Of a DNA stretch of 53,645 nt, positions 37,874 through 47,349 are shown one piece after another; the first letter of the stretch is position 1, and the number at the start of each line of letters is the position of its first letter. The notes below the pieces were generated by a model. That model worked only from the letters and a program-made list of their open reading frames with translations. It was not told the origin of the DNA and searched no databases. The DNA comes from Pseudomonadota bacterium (GTDB lineage: Bacteria; Pseudomonadota; Alphaproteobacteria; Rhizobiales; Xanthobacteraceae). The DNA is taken from NCBI GenBank assembly GCA_023390955.1, contig JAEWBW010000123.1, forward strand, positions 1-53,645. Direction: 5' to 3'. The position numbers and the translations under genes are program-made.

Positions 37874-38634
37874 GACGGCGTCTCCCTCAGGTCTCCATAA
37901 AGGCGAAGCGCGGCGGCGGCCGCAGCGAGCCGCTGCACGATCCGCTGCGGCACGGCGCCGGGACGGAACGCCGCAACGACGTCGTCGAGGTCGAGGTCGG
38001 TCGCGATGGAATTGTCGAACTCCTCGGGCGTGCGCCTGGCGAAGCGGGTGATGGCGGCCTTCAGCACGGCGCCGTTGGGAGGCGCGATCCGGATGGTCAT
38101 GTCGGCGGCGCCGATCAAAGACCGGGGAAGCAGGCTGAGGTCGGCGGCAATACCCACGACGGACTGGCCGGCCGACAAGGCGAGCGAGACCGAGGCGGAG
38201 CTGGTGGCGAAACCTCTTTCGCCGGGAGTGGGGCCGTGCCCGCTCTGCTGGATCCACCGTTCGCCGAAAGCGAGCCGGAAGTAGAGGGAGACGGGCATGA
38301 CCCAAACCGGGCTCGGCACGTGGACGATTACGCATAGCGCCTGGTTATGGCGAAGCCGGCGGCGCTGGTCCGCCGTGGTCGCCGCGTCGAAGGCCGCTCC
38401 GACGACGACGGTCACTGCTTCTGGGCGACCACTTGGCGGCGCCGCCTCCTCTTCGAGGTCGAGCTCGAACGCTCCCTTGATCTCGGGCTCGTCGTCGTCG
38501 AACCTGCCGAGCTCTCGGTCGTAGACGCGGTCGATCAGGACCGTGCCCTGCTTCTGGGCGCGCTGGCCGTCACGTCCTTTCGGGGCCATGCGAATGACGG
38601 TGCCGGAGGAGCGGCCTCTTGTAGGCTTTTTCAT
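37861..38634 (-). CDS. Hypothetical protein resembling the N-terminal region of mobile-element AAA ATPases, with no AAA domain
   Basis: VHVPSPVWV, VVGIAAD...LP..L..AAD, DLDDVVAAFRPG; no Walker A; family link is from recall. Confidence 0.5.
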   Translation of the reverse strand: MKKPTRGRSSGTVIRMAPKGRDGQRAQKQGTVLIDRVYDRELGRFDDDEPEIKGAFELDLEEEAAPPSGRPEAVTVVVGAAFDAATTADQRRRLRHNQALCVIVHVPSPVWVMPVSLYFRLAFGERWIQQSGHGPTPGERGFATSSASVSLALSAGQSVVGIAADLSLLPRSLIGAADMTIRIAPPNGAVLKAAITRFARRTPEEFDNSIATDLDLDDVVAAFRPGAVPQRIVQRLAAAAAALRLYGDLRETPSCSS

Positions 38635-39215
38635 GTGCGGGATCTCACTTGAGTGGTTGGACCGAGCGGTCCGGACGTCAGGTCGAGTTCGAGCAGATCG
38701 GAGCAGGCGAGCGACATCACCGCCGGCGAGGGATCGATGTCGCTGCGGACCGTCTCGAGCAGGCGGCCGAGCTCCATCGGTCCCTCATCGACCAAGGTCT
38801 TGAGGAGGCGCAGACGCAGCGGCAGGGAGACCGGCCGGTCCTTGTATGACCAGACCGCGCGGACATTGGAGCGGCGCGGTTCGGTCCGCAGGTCTTCAGC
38901 CGTGACGACGAGCTGCTGCAGGCCGAGATCGCGCAGCGCGATTTGGATGAGTCCTTCCTCGTCCAAGTCACGGACAAGGCGGGCAGGCACCACGTCGAGG
39001 TGGAAGCGTCCGTCGTCGCGGGCAAGGACGACGGTGTCTACGTCTACTTGCGCGGTCCCAGCAGGCGCCGCCGGAACGTGAAGGATCGTCCGGACCGCCG
39101 GATCGAGCGACGCCTGGACGAGAGCCTCGCGAAGCGCGGGGTGTCGCGCGGGGACCGGGGACGCGGTTTTGGCGGACGAGAAGAGATGGGGGCGGCGGGG
39201 CTTGGTGAAGAACAT
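38631..39215 (-). CDS. Degenerate TnsA-like protein lacking the nuclease motif
   Basis: FSSAK, LDPAV, VVTAEDLRTEPRRSN, LLELDLTSGPLGPTTQV follow the TnsA layout; no YxPD or EVK. Confidence 0.62.
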   Translation of the reverse strand: MFFTKPRRPHLFSSAKTASPVPARHPALREALVQASLDPAVRTILHVPAAPAGTAQVDVDTVVLARDDGRFHLDVVPARLVRDLDEEGLIQIALRDLGLQQLVVTAEDLRTEPRRSNVRAVWSYKDRPVSLPLRLRLLKTLVDEGPMELGRLLETVRSDIDPSPAVMSLACSDLLELDLTSGPLGPTTQVRSRT

Positions 39216-39296
39216 GACGGGGTATCCGAAACCATGGAAAGGGCGGGGCGGGTCTCGGTGTGTTTCTGGTCGGCGTCGGTCATGGTCGGCCCCTTT

Positions 39297-40118
39297 TCAG
39301 ATTTCGATGATGAGCGTCTCGTTGAAGTCTTGGTTTTCCCAGGTCTGCTCGCCGGGCGGCCACGGCCCGTACCCCTTCGCGTTCGATACCACGCGGGTCT
39401 GGCCGATCACCCCGTCGAAGGTTTCGTGGGTGTGCCCGTAGACCCAGAGGTCTGCGGGGCGCAGCGCGCCGCGCCCGTCGTCGGGTGCCGGCACCATCAA
39501 GTCGGTGAGGTCGCTGTAGTATGCGGCGCTCAGGAGCTCGTCCGGCTTCGGCGGGTCCGACAGGCGCAGCTCCGGGCGCCGGCAGGCATGGTGGGTCACG
39601 ATCACAAGGGGACCGGGCCGATCCTTCCGGAGCTCGGCTTCGAGGAAGGCCCGGGACCGCCGGTGCCTGGCCAGCGCATGCGGTGGACGAAAGCGCTCGA
39701 CATAGCGGCCGGTCCTGATCTTCTTGAAGTCGTTCATGCGCTCCGCCGCGATCGCCATCTCCCGGCGCTGGTCTCTGAACAACGCGAAGTCGGTCCAGAG
39801 CGTGCAGACGACGAACGTCACGTTGCCGATCCGGACGGTCTCGTTCTCCAGCGGGTGCACGTTCGTGCCGGCCGCGGCCGCCTTGGCCTTCTCGATCGTT
39901 CTGTCGACGTCGACGCCGTAAAATTCGTGGTTGCCACTGCAGAAGACCACTGGCCGGTCGGGCACTCGTTCCAACAACCACTTCACTCCGCGCTCGGCCC
40001 TGGGGACCAGGTCGCCGGCGACGATCAAAACGTCGAATGCCGGCCGCGCCTCTCCGGACGGCAGGTCCCAGCCGCGGGTGAGTTCGAGGTGGAGGTCGGA
40101 CATGGGCCAAAGGCGCAT
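39297..40118 (-). CDS. Calcineurin-like metallophosphoesterase
   Basis: SDLHLE, VAGD, GNHEFY, TLWTDF, VTHH, YGHTH. Confidence 0.92.
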   Translation of the reverse strand: MRLWPMSDLHLELTRGWDLPSGEARPAFDVLIVAGDLVPRAERGVKWLLERVPDRPVVFCSGNHEFYGVDVDRTIEKAKAAAAGTNVHPLENETVRIGNVTFVVCTLWTDFALFRDQRREMAIAAERMNDFKKIRTGRYVERFRPPHALARHRRSRAFLEAELRKDRPGPLVIVTHHACRRPELRLSDPPKPDELLSAAYYSDLTDLMVPAPDDGRGALRPADLWVYGHTHETFDGVIGQTRVVSNAKGYGPWPPGEQTWENQDFNETLIIEI

Positions 40119-40122
40119 GGCG

Positions 40123-40689
40123 CTACTCTTCGATGCCTAATGAGGCCGTGTCGACGTCGACAAAAACGTCATTCAGACGGTCGTACCTGTGGCAGGTGAT
40201 GAACCGCCGCCCGTCCACGAAATGACGGACGAGGTGCACGTTCTCGAACCCGCAGCGATGCTCGATCCTAGGCCGACGTTCCGAATGTGCGTCGCAGCGG
40301 GTGGTCAACCAGGCACCGCCGCGAAGGTGGCCTTTTTCACCGCAGACCTCGCAGGTCACGCCGCTGCGGGCCTCCGCCAAAGCGATAGCTTCTTCGACGC
40401 AGGCATCTGCATCCGGAGACAGCTTGCCGTCCCAATAGACCCGCAAGGTCCCGTATTTCTCTTGGACCTGGGTGAATTTGAAAGAGCCTCCGTCCGCTTG
40501 GACGGCGCTCCGGATTCGAACGCAGAGGCGGTCGAGGACGTCGCGCCAGCCGGCGTCGCACCAAGGTAGCCCCTCGGCCGCGCCGGGAAAATCGGACGGC
40601 GACTGAAAAAGGTCTCGGTGCGTCACAACGAGGTCGACCCTCCAGTTTTCCACGACGCCCCCCATCGCTGACGTTGACAAAAGCCTCAT
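40123..40689 (-). CDS. Hypothetical zinc-ribbon protein (paralogue 1)
   Basis: GW...QVQEKYGTLRVYW...AEARSGVTCEVCG...W..TRC..H. Confidence 0.7.
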   Translation of the reverse strand: MRLLSTSAMGGVVENWRVDLVVTHRDLFQSPSDFPGAAEGLPWCDAGWRDVLDRLCVRIRSAVQADGGSFKFTQVQEKYGTLRVYWDGKLSPDADACVEEAIALAEARSGVTCEVCGEKGHLRGGAWLTTRCDAHSERRPRIEHRCGFENVHLVRHFVDGRRFITCHRYDRLNDVFVDVDTASLGIEE

Positions 40690-41276
40690 TTCGGATCTCC
40701 GCGGAGGCCGAAGAGGGCGGGATCGATTGAGACGAATGAATCTGTACGGCGGTCGTACCGAAGGCTTTCGATTGTTTGCCGCCCCTCGCTGATACGGTGC
40801 AGCACGACCATGCTCTCAATGCCTGCGCCGTCCCCGGCCGCGACGCCCGAACTGTGGCTCTCGCAGCGTGTCATTAGGATGCGACCGTTGCGAAAGAGGC
40901 GTCCTCTGGCGCCGCACAGTTCGCAGGTGCAGGCGCTGCACGCTTCGGCCAGATCGATGATGTCGCCAACGCGCTCCTCGGTCCTCGCGGACAAGCGACC
41001 GGTCCAGTCGATCCGGAGCGTTCCTGCCTTCTCCCTCACCCTTGTGATCCGAAGGGGTCTGCCATCTTTCGCGAGTGCAGATCTGATCCGCATGCAGGCG
41101 GTGTCAATGATGAACGCCCAGCCCCTATCGCAATCAGGCAAGCCTTCGGCCGCCGCGGGCACTCCCTGCGGCGGGCAAAAGAGGTCGGGATGTGCCTCAA
41201 CCAGGTCGATGCACCAGTTCGAGGCGACAGCCGGGCCCGGAGGCACCACCCGACAGCTCAATACGCTACGCGACAT
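40686..41276 (-). CDS. Hypothetical zinc-ribbon protein (paralogue 2)
   Basis: GW...RVREKAGTLRIDW...AEACSACTCELCG...TRCESH. Confidence 0.7.
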   Translation of the reverse strand: MSRSVLSCRVVPPGPAVASNWCIDLVEAHPDLFCPPQGVPAAAEGLPDCDRGWAFIIDTACMRIRSALAKDGRPLRITRVREKAGTLRIDWTGRLSARTEERVGDIIDLAEACSACTCELCGARGRLFRNGRILMTRCESHSSGVAAGDGAGIESMVVLHRISEGRQTIESLRYDRRTDSFVSIDPALFGLRGDPK

Positions 41277-41539
41277 GTCGAACTCGATTCCTTCGTTATG
41301 CTCAAAGTGAGCATATGTCAGGACCGATAAAATCGATAAGCCTATTTAGTATAGGTATCTATTTATACCACGGAGGTACCTCGCTTGAGAAAATGATTAT
41401 ATTTCAGATAGATAAAGAGTGGCTCTAGGCCGACAGCCAATTGGCGGGGAAAACGGCGTCACCTAGGGCCGCAATCGCTTGCTGGGAAAAGCTGCCCATG
41501 GGACGATTCCGTTAAGCGCGAGAAGCAAGAGTGAGGGCG

Positions 41540-41737
41540 ATGGCGAAGGAAAAGGCGGCCGGCAAGCCGGGGCGAAAGCCGTCCGCCGGCGAAAAGAAGC
41601 AGTTTCTGTCGACCATGGACCCCTTGGTGATCCGCGACATCAAGGTCGCGGCAGCAGAGCTGGAGAAAAACGCATCCCAAATTCTGGAGATGGCGGCTAA
41701 GGAATGGCTCGAACGGTACCGTAACGACAAGAAGTAG
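41540..41737 (+). CDS. Small ribbon-helix-helix-like DNA-binding protein
   Basis: 65 aa, KKQFLSTMDPLVIRDIKVAAAE...ASQILEMAAKEWL; divergent from the accessory operon across an AT-rich spacer. Confidence 0.65.
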   Translation: MAKEKAAGKPGRKPSAGEKKQFLSTMDPLVIRDIKVAAAELEKNASQILEMAAKEWLERYRNDKK

Positions 41738-42070
41738 GGAACGCAGAAACCAGGGCGCACAAGATCTTCAATAAAATGTAGAGGCTAGTGCCATGGGCGA
41801 GCCGGATTGCACCCACGTCCTCTTCGGTGCGGATGTCGAGGGGAGGAAGCGTCTGCCCCATTGTTCAGCAGGCATCGCCGCCCTTGCAGCGCCAGGGTCG
41901 GCGCCGGATCGGCTCGAACTTGAGGTCACTGAACCTGCCCTGATGCGGACATTGTCGAGACGCTCGCGACTCTGCACCATGGCTTGTACTGCGCAAACGG
42001 CTTCTGTACCGGCTATTCGAGCCTGAGCTATCTCCGCACCCTCCCATTCGACAAAATCAATCGGTGAGTT

Positions 42071-43090
42071 TCACCCGTCGGCATCAACCTCTTTGAAAAC
42101 AAGAAGCGCAGCGACCCAGCGAGTTTCGGCGAACTGACGGCACACGATCGCGACAGAGACTGTAAGAGGGATCGCAACAAAAGCGCCCGCCAGTCCCCAA
42201 ACCCAGCTCCAGAATGCCAGGGAAACCACAACCGCCATAGGGGAAAGCGATAGACTGCGCGCCTGAAGCATGGGGTATACAACATTGCTTATCGTGATCT
42301 GAATCAGGCCGAATCCCATTAGGGAAAGAAGTGGGTGGGTCCAGTCTCCGTATTGAAGGAAGGCGAACAACGTCGGTGGCACAATCCCCACGACATTGCC
42401 GACCATCGGGACGAAGTTGAGCAAAAAGTTCAGCAAGCCCCAGACGAACGGCAGTTCGAGTCCAATTGCAAATGCCCATAGCGTCGTCGCAATGCCGGTT
42501 AGCAGGCTGGTCAGGAAGGTGACCGCTATGTATTGGCGCATCTTCTCTGAAATCTTACCAATCCCATTTGCGATATCTCTGCTTCCCGTCGGAACCAGGC
42601 GGCTCAACATCGAGGCCAATCGGGTGGCCTCACCAAGGCCAAGCATGACCATGAGTGCGATAAAGCCCAGGTAGATGAGTATGGTGGACGCATTCGTTAG
42701 AATATCCTGCCCCACGCCAATCAGTCGGGAGCGATCATCAATTCCGATGCCATTGATGCCCCAGCCCTCCAGGTAATGGTTTAGGCTGCGGTAGACTTTC
42801 TCGAGCTGGCCCCAATTGTCCCCAAATGCTTGCACGACCTGCGTTGCGGAGAAATAGAGCGAGCCGAAGAAGAGGACGAGAATGAGAAGCAGGACGACCC
42901 CCGTGCCGAGATACGCCAATCGGGGCGCCATGCGATCGAACCATTGCTTGACGGGCCAGATCGCCGCAATGAGCAAAATGGAGACGGCGAGCGGCATCGT
43001 CACCGGATAGCTCGCGCGAAGCGCGGCGACGGTCAAGATTGCTGCGATTAGCCCTAAGAGCCGGTGAGAACCAAGACGGGCAAGCGACAT
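42071..43090 (-). CDS. AI-2E family transporter
   Basis: WGLLNFLLNFVPMVG, NVVYP, LSP..V..SL.FW.W.WG..GA..AIPLT. Confidence 0.9.
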   Translation of the reverse strand: MSLARLGSHRLLGLIAAILTVAALRASYPVTMPLAVSILLIAAIWPVKQWFDRMAPRLAYLGTGVVLLLILVLFFGSLYFSATQVVQAFGDNWGQLEKVYRSLNHYLEGWGINGIGIDDRSRLIGVGQDILTNASTILIYLGFIALMVMLGLGEATRLASMLSRLVPTGSRDIANGIGKISEKMRQYIAVTFLTSLLTGIATTLWAFAIGLELPFVWGLLNFLLNFVPMVGNVVGIVPPTLFAFLQYGDWTHPLLSLMGFGLIQITISNVVYPMLQARSLSLSPMAVVVSLAFWSWVWGLAGAFVAIPLTVSVAIVCRQFAETRWVAALLVFKEVDADG

Positions 43091-43111
43091 CGTCGCGCCT
43101 TTCTGCTGCCG

Positions 43112-44239
43112 CTACGGCGCTACGTAGAAGAATCCCAGTGCAAACAGCACGTAAACGCCAATGAGCAGCATTCCCTCAAACCAGTTGGTCTCGCCGTCGC
43201 GGGCAACGGCATTTACCACGAAGGCAGTGCTGGCGATTGCGAAGAGATACATGGGGTTATGAAAAACCAGCGTCATGGGCTGCCATATAACCGCCGAGAC
43301 GAGAACCAGTAGCGGAGCGACGACGAGCGCTATTTGGATGGAAGAGCCGATGCAGATTTCGAGCGCAAGACTGATCTTTCCCTCATAAGAAAACCAGCAT
43401 GCTGCGAATAAATCCGCGCTGGTGCCAACGAGCGCGAGCACGATTACGCCGAGAAACGTAGGTGGCAAACCGGCGGCCTCCCCCGTCTCGGTAAGGGTCC
43501 GCGAAATTGCTTCCGCTTCAAGGGCAATCAACCCGGTCGTGACCACCATGAGGGCGGCGGCAACTCCAATGCTCCAGCTTGCATGCCCTTTGGACTCGCC
43601 ATCCGCAAAGGTGCTCTGGTGCGTGAACATCGTGTAGACGAGATTTCCACCGTAGAGCAAAATCAAGACGACTGCGGCTCCAAGGCTGAAGCTCTCGTCC
43701 GTGATGCGCATGTCCTGGACGTGTGCGCGAAGTCGACCCGTGTAATCGAACACCGCTGGCAGGCTAAGGGCAACAACCGCCAATATGAGAAGCGTTGACA
43801 GGAGACCTGCATGGGCAGGATTGAAGACTTGCTTCTTCCGCTTCAGGCCCCCCACGAAGATCGCGAGACCCAACCCGAATAGGCTGGTCGCGATGATGGA
43901 GCCAGTGACCTGGGCTTGAACGACTTCTGTTTCCCCGCTGGCAAGCACGAAGAAGGCGAGCATTAGCTCGGCGACGCTCCCGAAGCTGACGAGAAGAAGG
44001 CCGCCTATCGCCGGCCCTGAATGCTTGGCAAGTTGTTCGGTTGCTCGTCTCATCCATTCGGCCAGAACGGCCACGGCGCATGAACTGCTGACGAATACAA
44101 AGACTGGACGTACGTGAAGATACTGAAGACCTAGAGAAAGCGGCACAAGCAGCGACATCCCGGCGAGCACCGGCGCTTGCCGGATCACGTTTGCACGGCC
44201 GGGGCTAAATGGAGCGAGTTCGTAACTGCTAGATCGCAA
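43112..44239 (-). CDS. Ca2+/H+ exchanger (CaCA family, Cax/ChaA-like); start uncertain
   Basis: ATEQLA...GGLL..SFGSVAEL, GSII, IGSSIQIALVVAP, DGETNWFEG. Confidence 0.88.
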   Translation of the reverse strand: MRSSSYELAPFSPGRANVIRQAPVLAGMSLLVPLSLGLQYLHVRPVFVFVSSSCAVAVLAEWMRRATEQLAKHSGPAIGGLLLVSFGSVAELMLAFFVLASGETEVVQAQVTGSIIATSLFGLGLAIFVGGLKRKKQVFNPAHAGLLSTLLILAVVALSLPAVFDYTGRLRAHVQDMRITDESFSLGAAVVLILLYGGNLVYTMFTHQSTFADGESKGHASWSIGVAAALMVVTTGLIALEAEAISRTLTETGEAAGLPPTFLGVIVLALVGTSADLFAACWFSYEGKISLALEICIGSSIQIALVVAPLLVLVSAVIWQPMTLVFHNPMYLFAIASTAFVVNAVARDGETNWFEGMLLIGVYVLFALGFFYVAP

Positions 44240-44295
44240 GGCTAGTTGCCTCAGGAGCGCGAGAGGCGCAAAACGTGCGCCTCTCGCTGGTATAA

Positions 44296-44673
44296 CTACG
44301 GACAGGGATGACGTTCACCGTCGTAACCCAGATAGGTTCCGGATCCGGGATCGTAGGACTTGTACTTCTGCTCACAATAGGCGTCTGCGTTCGCCTGCGC
44401 GTGGCTGCTCGCGAGTGCGCTTCCGACAATCGCGCCGGCTGCAATGCCCCCTACGGCAGGGCCCCATCCGTAGCGGTGCGGATGACCGTGCCAACCGTGT
44501 CTATGCCAGCCATGCCTCCATCCGACCTGCATTGCTTCTGGATTATCGCTTTGAGCCTGATTCTGATGCATTGCCCTGAAGCTGTCGACTCCGGCAACCG
44601 GAGCTGCAGAAGCAGAAGATGCCATGGTGACGGCAAGAAGTGCGAACGCCGCCGAGGCTACGGTTCTTTTCAT
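44296..44673 (-). CDS. BA14K family protein
   Basis: Signal peptide, W/H/G-rich linker, YCEQKYKSYDPGSGTYLGYDGERHPCP. Confidence 0.92.
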   Translation of the reverse strand: MKRTVASAAFALLAVTMASSASAAPVAGVDSFRAMHQNQAQSDNPEAMQVGWRHGWHRHGWHGHPHRYGWGPAVGGIAAGAIVGSALASSHAQANADAYCEQKYKSYDPGSGTYLGYDGERHPCP

Positions 44674-44844
44674 GTCTAGATCTCCATCTTTGAAGTGTCG
44701 CCCATAGGACCGAAAGCGTTTGTTTGCAGAACAGTTCGTCGCTGCGACAATTTGTGACAACCTTACATGAGCAAAACTTCATGCAACGATGGAGCGTCGC
44801 CAGCTTTGATCAACATACGCAACACGTCGAAAGGAGAATTTGAA

Positions 44845-45489
44845 ATGCGTACGATGCTATTGGCCGGCACTGCTCTTGCGATGATCGGATCATTCGCTTA
44901 TGCGCAGTCTGATAACCAGGCTGCGCCGAATAGCGGAAAGGTGAATGCGCGCTCTCAGCTCACGCAGATGCTGACGAAATCGGGCTTTACCGATATCAAG
45001 GTTGCTCCCACCGCCTTCATGGTTCATGCCAAGGATAGTGATGGAAACCCGGTGGTCATGTCGATCAGCCCAGACAGCTTCACGCAGGTCACGGTCGATG
45101 CTGCTGGCGCTTCGAGCGAAGGACATCAAACGAGCACAACAACGGGTCAGGCGTCAGCCAGCTCAAGTAATGCGTACGTTAGCGTACCAAACTCGGATGA
45201 GCTGAGTTCGACGTTGGTCGGCCTCGACATCTACAACAATGAGAACAAGGATATCGGAACGATCAAAGACATCGCGTTCGCTTCGGACGGGCGGACGACG
45301 GCCTATATCGTGTCTGTCGGCGGTTTCCTTGGATTAGGCGATCATTACGTGGCCATCCGGCCGAACTCGGTCAATGTCACGTATGACGCGGGCCAAAAGG
45401 AATGGCGCGCCAAGATGAACGCGACGGCCAACGACCTCAAGGCGGCGCCTGAATTCAAATACAATGGCAGATGGGCCGACAACACCTGA
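44845..45489 (+). CDS. Secreted PRC-barrel domain protein
   Basis: RBS AAGGAG; signal peptide; SSTLVGLDIYN..IGTIKD, VGGFLGLGDHYVA, LKAAPEFKY. Confidence 0.9.
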   Translation: MRTMLLAGTALAMIGSFAYAQSDNQAAPNSGKVNARSQLTQMLTKSGFTDIKVAPTAFMVHAKDSDGNPVVMSISPDSFTQVTVDAAGASSEGHQTSTTTGQASASSSNAYVSVPNSDELSSTLVGLDIYNNENKDIGTIKDIAFASDGRTTAYIVSVGGFLGLGDHYVAIRPNSVNVTYDAGQKEWRAKMNATANDLKAAPEFKYNGRWADNT

Positions 45490-45496
45490 TTGAGCG

Positions 45497-45521
45497 AGAA
45501 GGGCGCCTTTGGCGCCCTTCT
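45497..45521. terminator. Hairpin between convergent genes, likely terminator
   Basis: AGAAGGGCGCC-TTT-GGCGCCCTTCT perfect inverted repeat. Confidence 0.7.
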
Positions 45522-46272
45522 TATGTCTCTCCCAGGTTGGAAAGCGCGAAAGCGACCAGCAGGCCGACGACGACCAGCAAGCCGGCCAGCTTCTGTTCGC
45601 CTTCGACGGCCTCTGGAACCATGGTGTTCACGACCATCGTGAGAAGAGCGCCGGCCGCAACGGCGCTCACGGTAGCAACGACCTGAGGGGACGCGCCTCC
45701 CAGGAAAGCCGCTCCCGCGGAGGCCGCCAGCCCGGAAGCAGCGGTGATCGTTCCCCATAATCGAAAGATATAGACCCGCGAACGACCGGCCGCGCGCATC
45801 CCGAGCGCACTGGATAGCCCTTCGGGAAAATTGGACAGAAAGATCGCCGCGAGCATCGCGATGCTGATGCCCTTTCCGCTCAACAGCCCGAGCCCCAGGA
45901 CGACGCTTTCCGGAATGCCGTCCAGGAGCGAGCCAACGGCAATAGCCAGTCCTCCACCCTGGCCAGCGTTGGCCTGCTGCTCACCTGATCGTTTGCGGGC
46001 GTGTGCTCCTTCCCTAGAAATTGCCCAATCGGCAAGAGCATATGCGGCAGAGCCAGCAATGGCGCCCGCAACGATCGGCCAGATGCCGCCCTCCTGGTAG
46101 CCATCTTCCAGAAGGTCGTAGGCCACGGCGGAGATCAGCACCCCGCAGCCGAAAGACATGATTCCTGCGGTGATATATCGGGGCATCCTAAAGATAAATG
46201 CCACTGCTGCGCCTAGCACAGCGACGAGGCGCCTAGCAGCCCCCAAAGACCCGCAGTCAGCCAGATGGGCAT
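45521..46272 (-). pseudogene. ZIP (ZupT/GufA-like) metal transporter with a 1-nt frameshift near 46220
   Basis: ATG 46272 gives MPIWLTAGLWGLLGASSL then a stop; other frame continues VLGAAVAF...LLDGIPES...SNFPEGLSS...MVPEA. Confidence 0.75.
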
Positions 46273-46482
46273 GTGAGCTTTCGCTACTGTTCGGAGCGTA
46301 GCGATTTCCACGGTTGGCTTGGCCGCTTTTCTCCAGCCCTTCGAGCCGAGGCAGCCAACCGGCGCTTCAAAACCGACGATAGAACTCGCGCCATCCTATG
46401 GGCGATCTTGCGAGCAGACATTGCCCGAGCACCGTTAGCCATTGCTTCTTCCTCCAGTCACCGCAACGCTTCCATCAGACAA

Positions 46483-47349
46483 CTATCCCCCGCTTGCAAA
46501 ACCTGGGAAAAGCATCATGCCGCCGTCGATGAACAATGTGGTACCGGTGACGTAATCGGCCGCATCCGAGACCAGCCAGGCGACGGCCTGTGCGATATCG
46601 TTTGGCTCGCCAATGCGCCGGTAGGGGACCAGTGTCATCAGGCTGTCGTAGGCTTCCTTGGTTTCCCACGCGGGCCGGTTGATCGGTGTACGGATGGCTC
46701 CCGGCGCGACGCCGTTCACCCGTATGGCGAGCGGAGCAACTTCCTGCGCGATGCTTCGCATCATCTGCATGACGCCGCCCTTCGAGGCTGCATAGTTTGC
46801 GTGACCCGCCCACGGGATCTCCTGATGGACAGAACTCATGCAGACAAGTTTCCCCGCCGCGGCAGAGATGTCGTTCATGACGCCACGTCTCCTGAATTCA
46901 CGGATCGCCTCTCTGGCGCACAGAAATTGACCTGTCAGATTGACGCCGATGACCTTATTCCACTGCTCGAGGGTCATGTCGTGAAACGGTGCATCGCGCT
47001 GCAGTCCGGCGTTGTTCACCACGATGTGCAGCGTTCCGAAATGACCGACGGCACGGGAGAACATAGACCGGACGTCTTCCTCGTTGCTGACGTCCGCCTT
47101 GATAGTGATAGCCTTTCTGCCGAGCGTCTCAATTTGGTTGGCCACGTCTTCTGCGGCATGTGGATCTACGACGTAATTGACCACTACGTCGGCCCCCGAG
47201 GCGGCGAGCCCAAGAGCAACCGCACGTCCAATTCCCGAGTTCGCACCGGTCACCAGCGCGGGCTGACCTTCCAGCACTATTGGATAGCCGAGGGATCTAT
47301 GCGATCGCTCCTTCGGTGAGGCGGCGCGATCAATCGGTTTCTCTGTCAC
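46483..47349 (-). CDS. Glucose 1-dehydrogenase-like short-chain dehydrogenase
   Basis: TGANSGIG, NNAG, MSSVHQEIPW, YAASKGG, PGAIRTPIN. Confidence 0.9.
   Translation of the reverse strand: MTEKPIDRAASPKERSHRSLGYPIVLEGQPALVTGANSGIGRAVALGLAASGADVVVNYVVDPHAAEDVANQIETLGRKAITIKADVSNEEDVRSMFSRAVGHFGTLHIVVNNAGLQRDAPFHDMTLEQWNKVIGVNLTGQFLCAREAIREFRRRGVMNDISAAAGKLVCMSSVHQEIPWAGHANYAASKGGVMQMMRSIAQEVAPLAIRVNGVAPGAIRTPINRPAWETKEAYDSLMTLVPYRRIGEPNDIAQAVAWLVSDAADYVTGTTLFIDGGMMLFPGFASGG

Noticed and set aside
26474..41737. CRISPR-associated transposon or CRISPR array
   Set aside because: No cas-like ORF and no repeat-spacer array seen; the 15-bp repeats are short, unevenly spaced and follow a TGT end. Cas genes outside the window cannot be excluded
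41768..42050. Short ORFs between the RHH gene and AI-2E
   Set aside because: No RBS, codon bias or motif I can support; at most a degraded remnant
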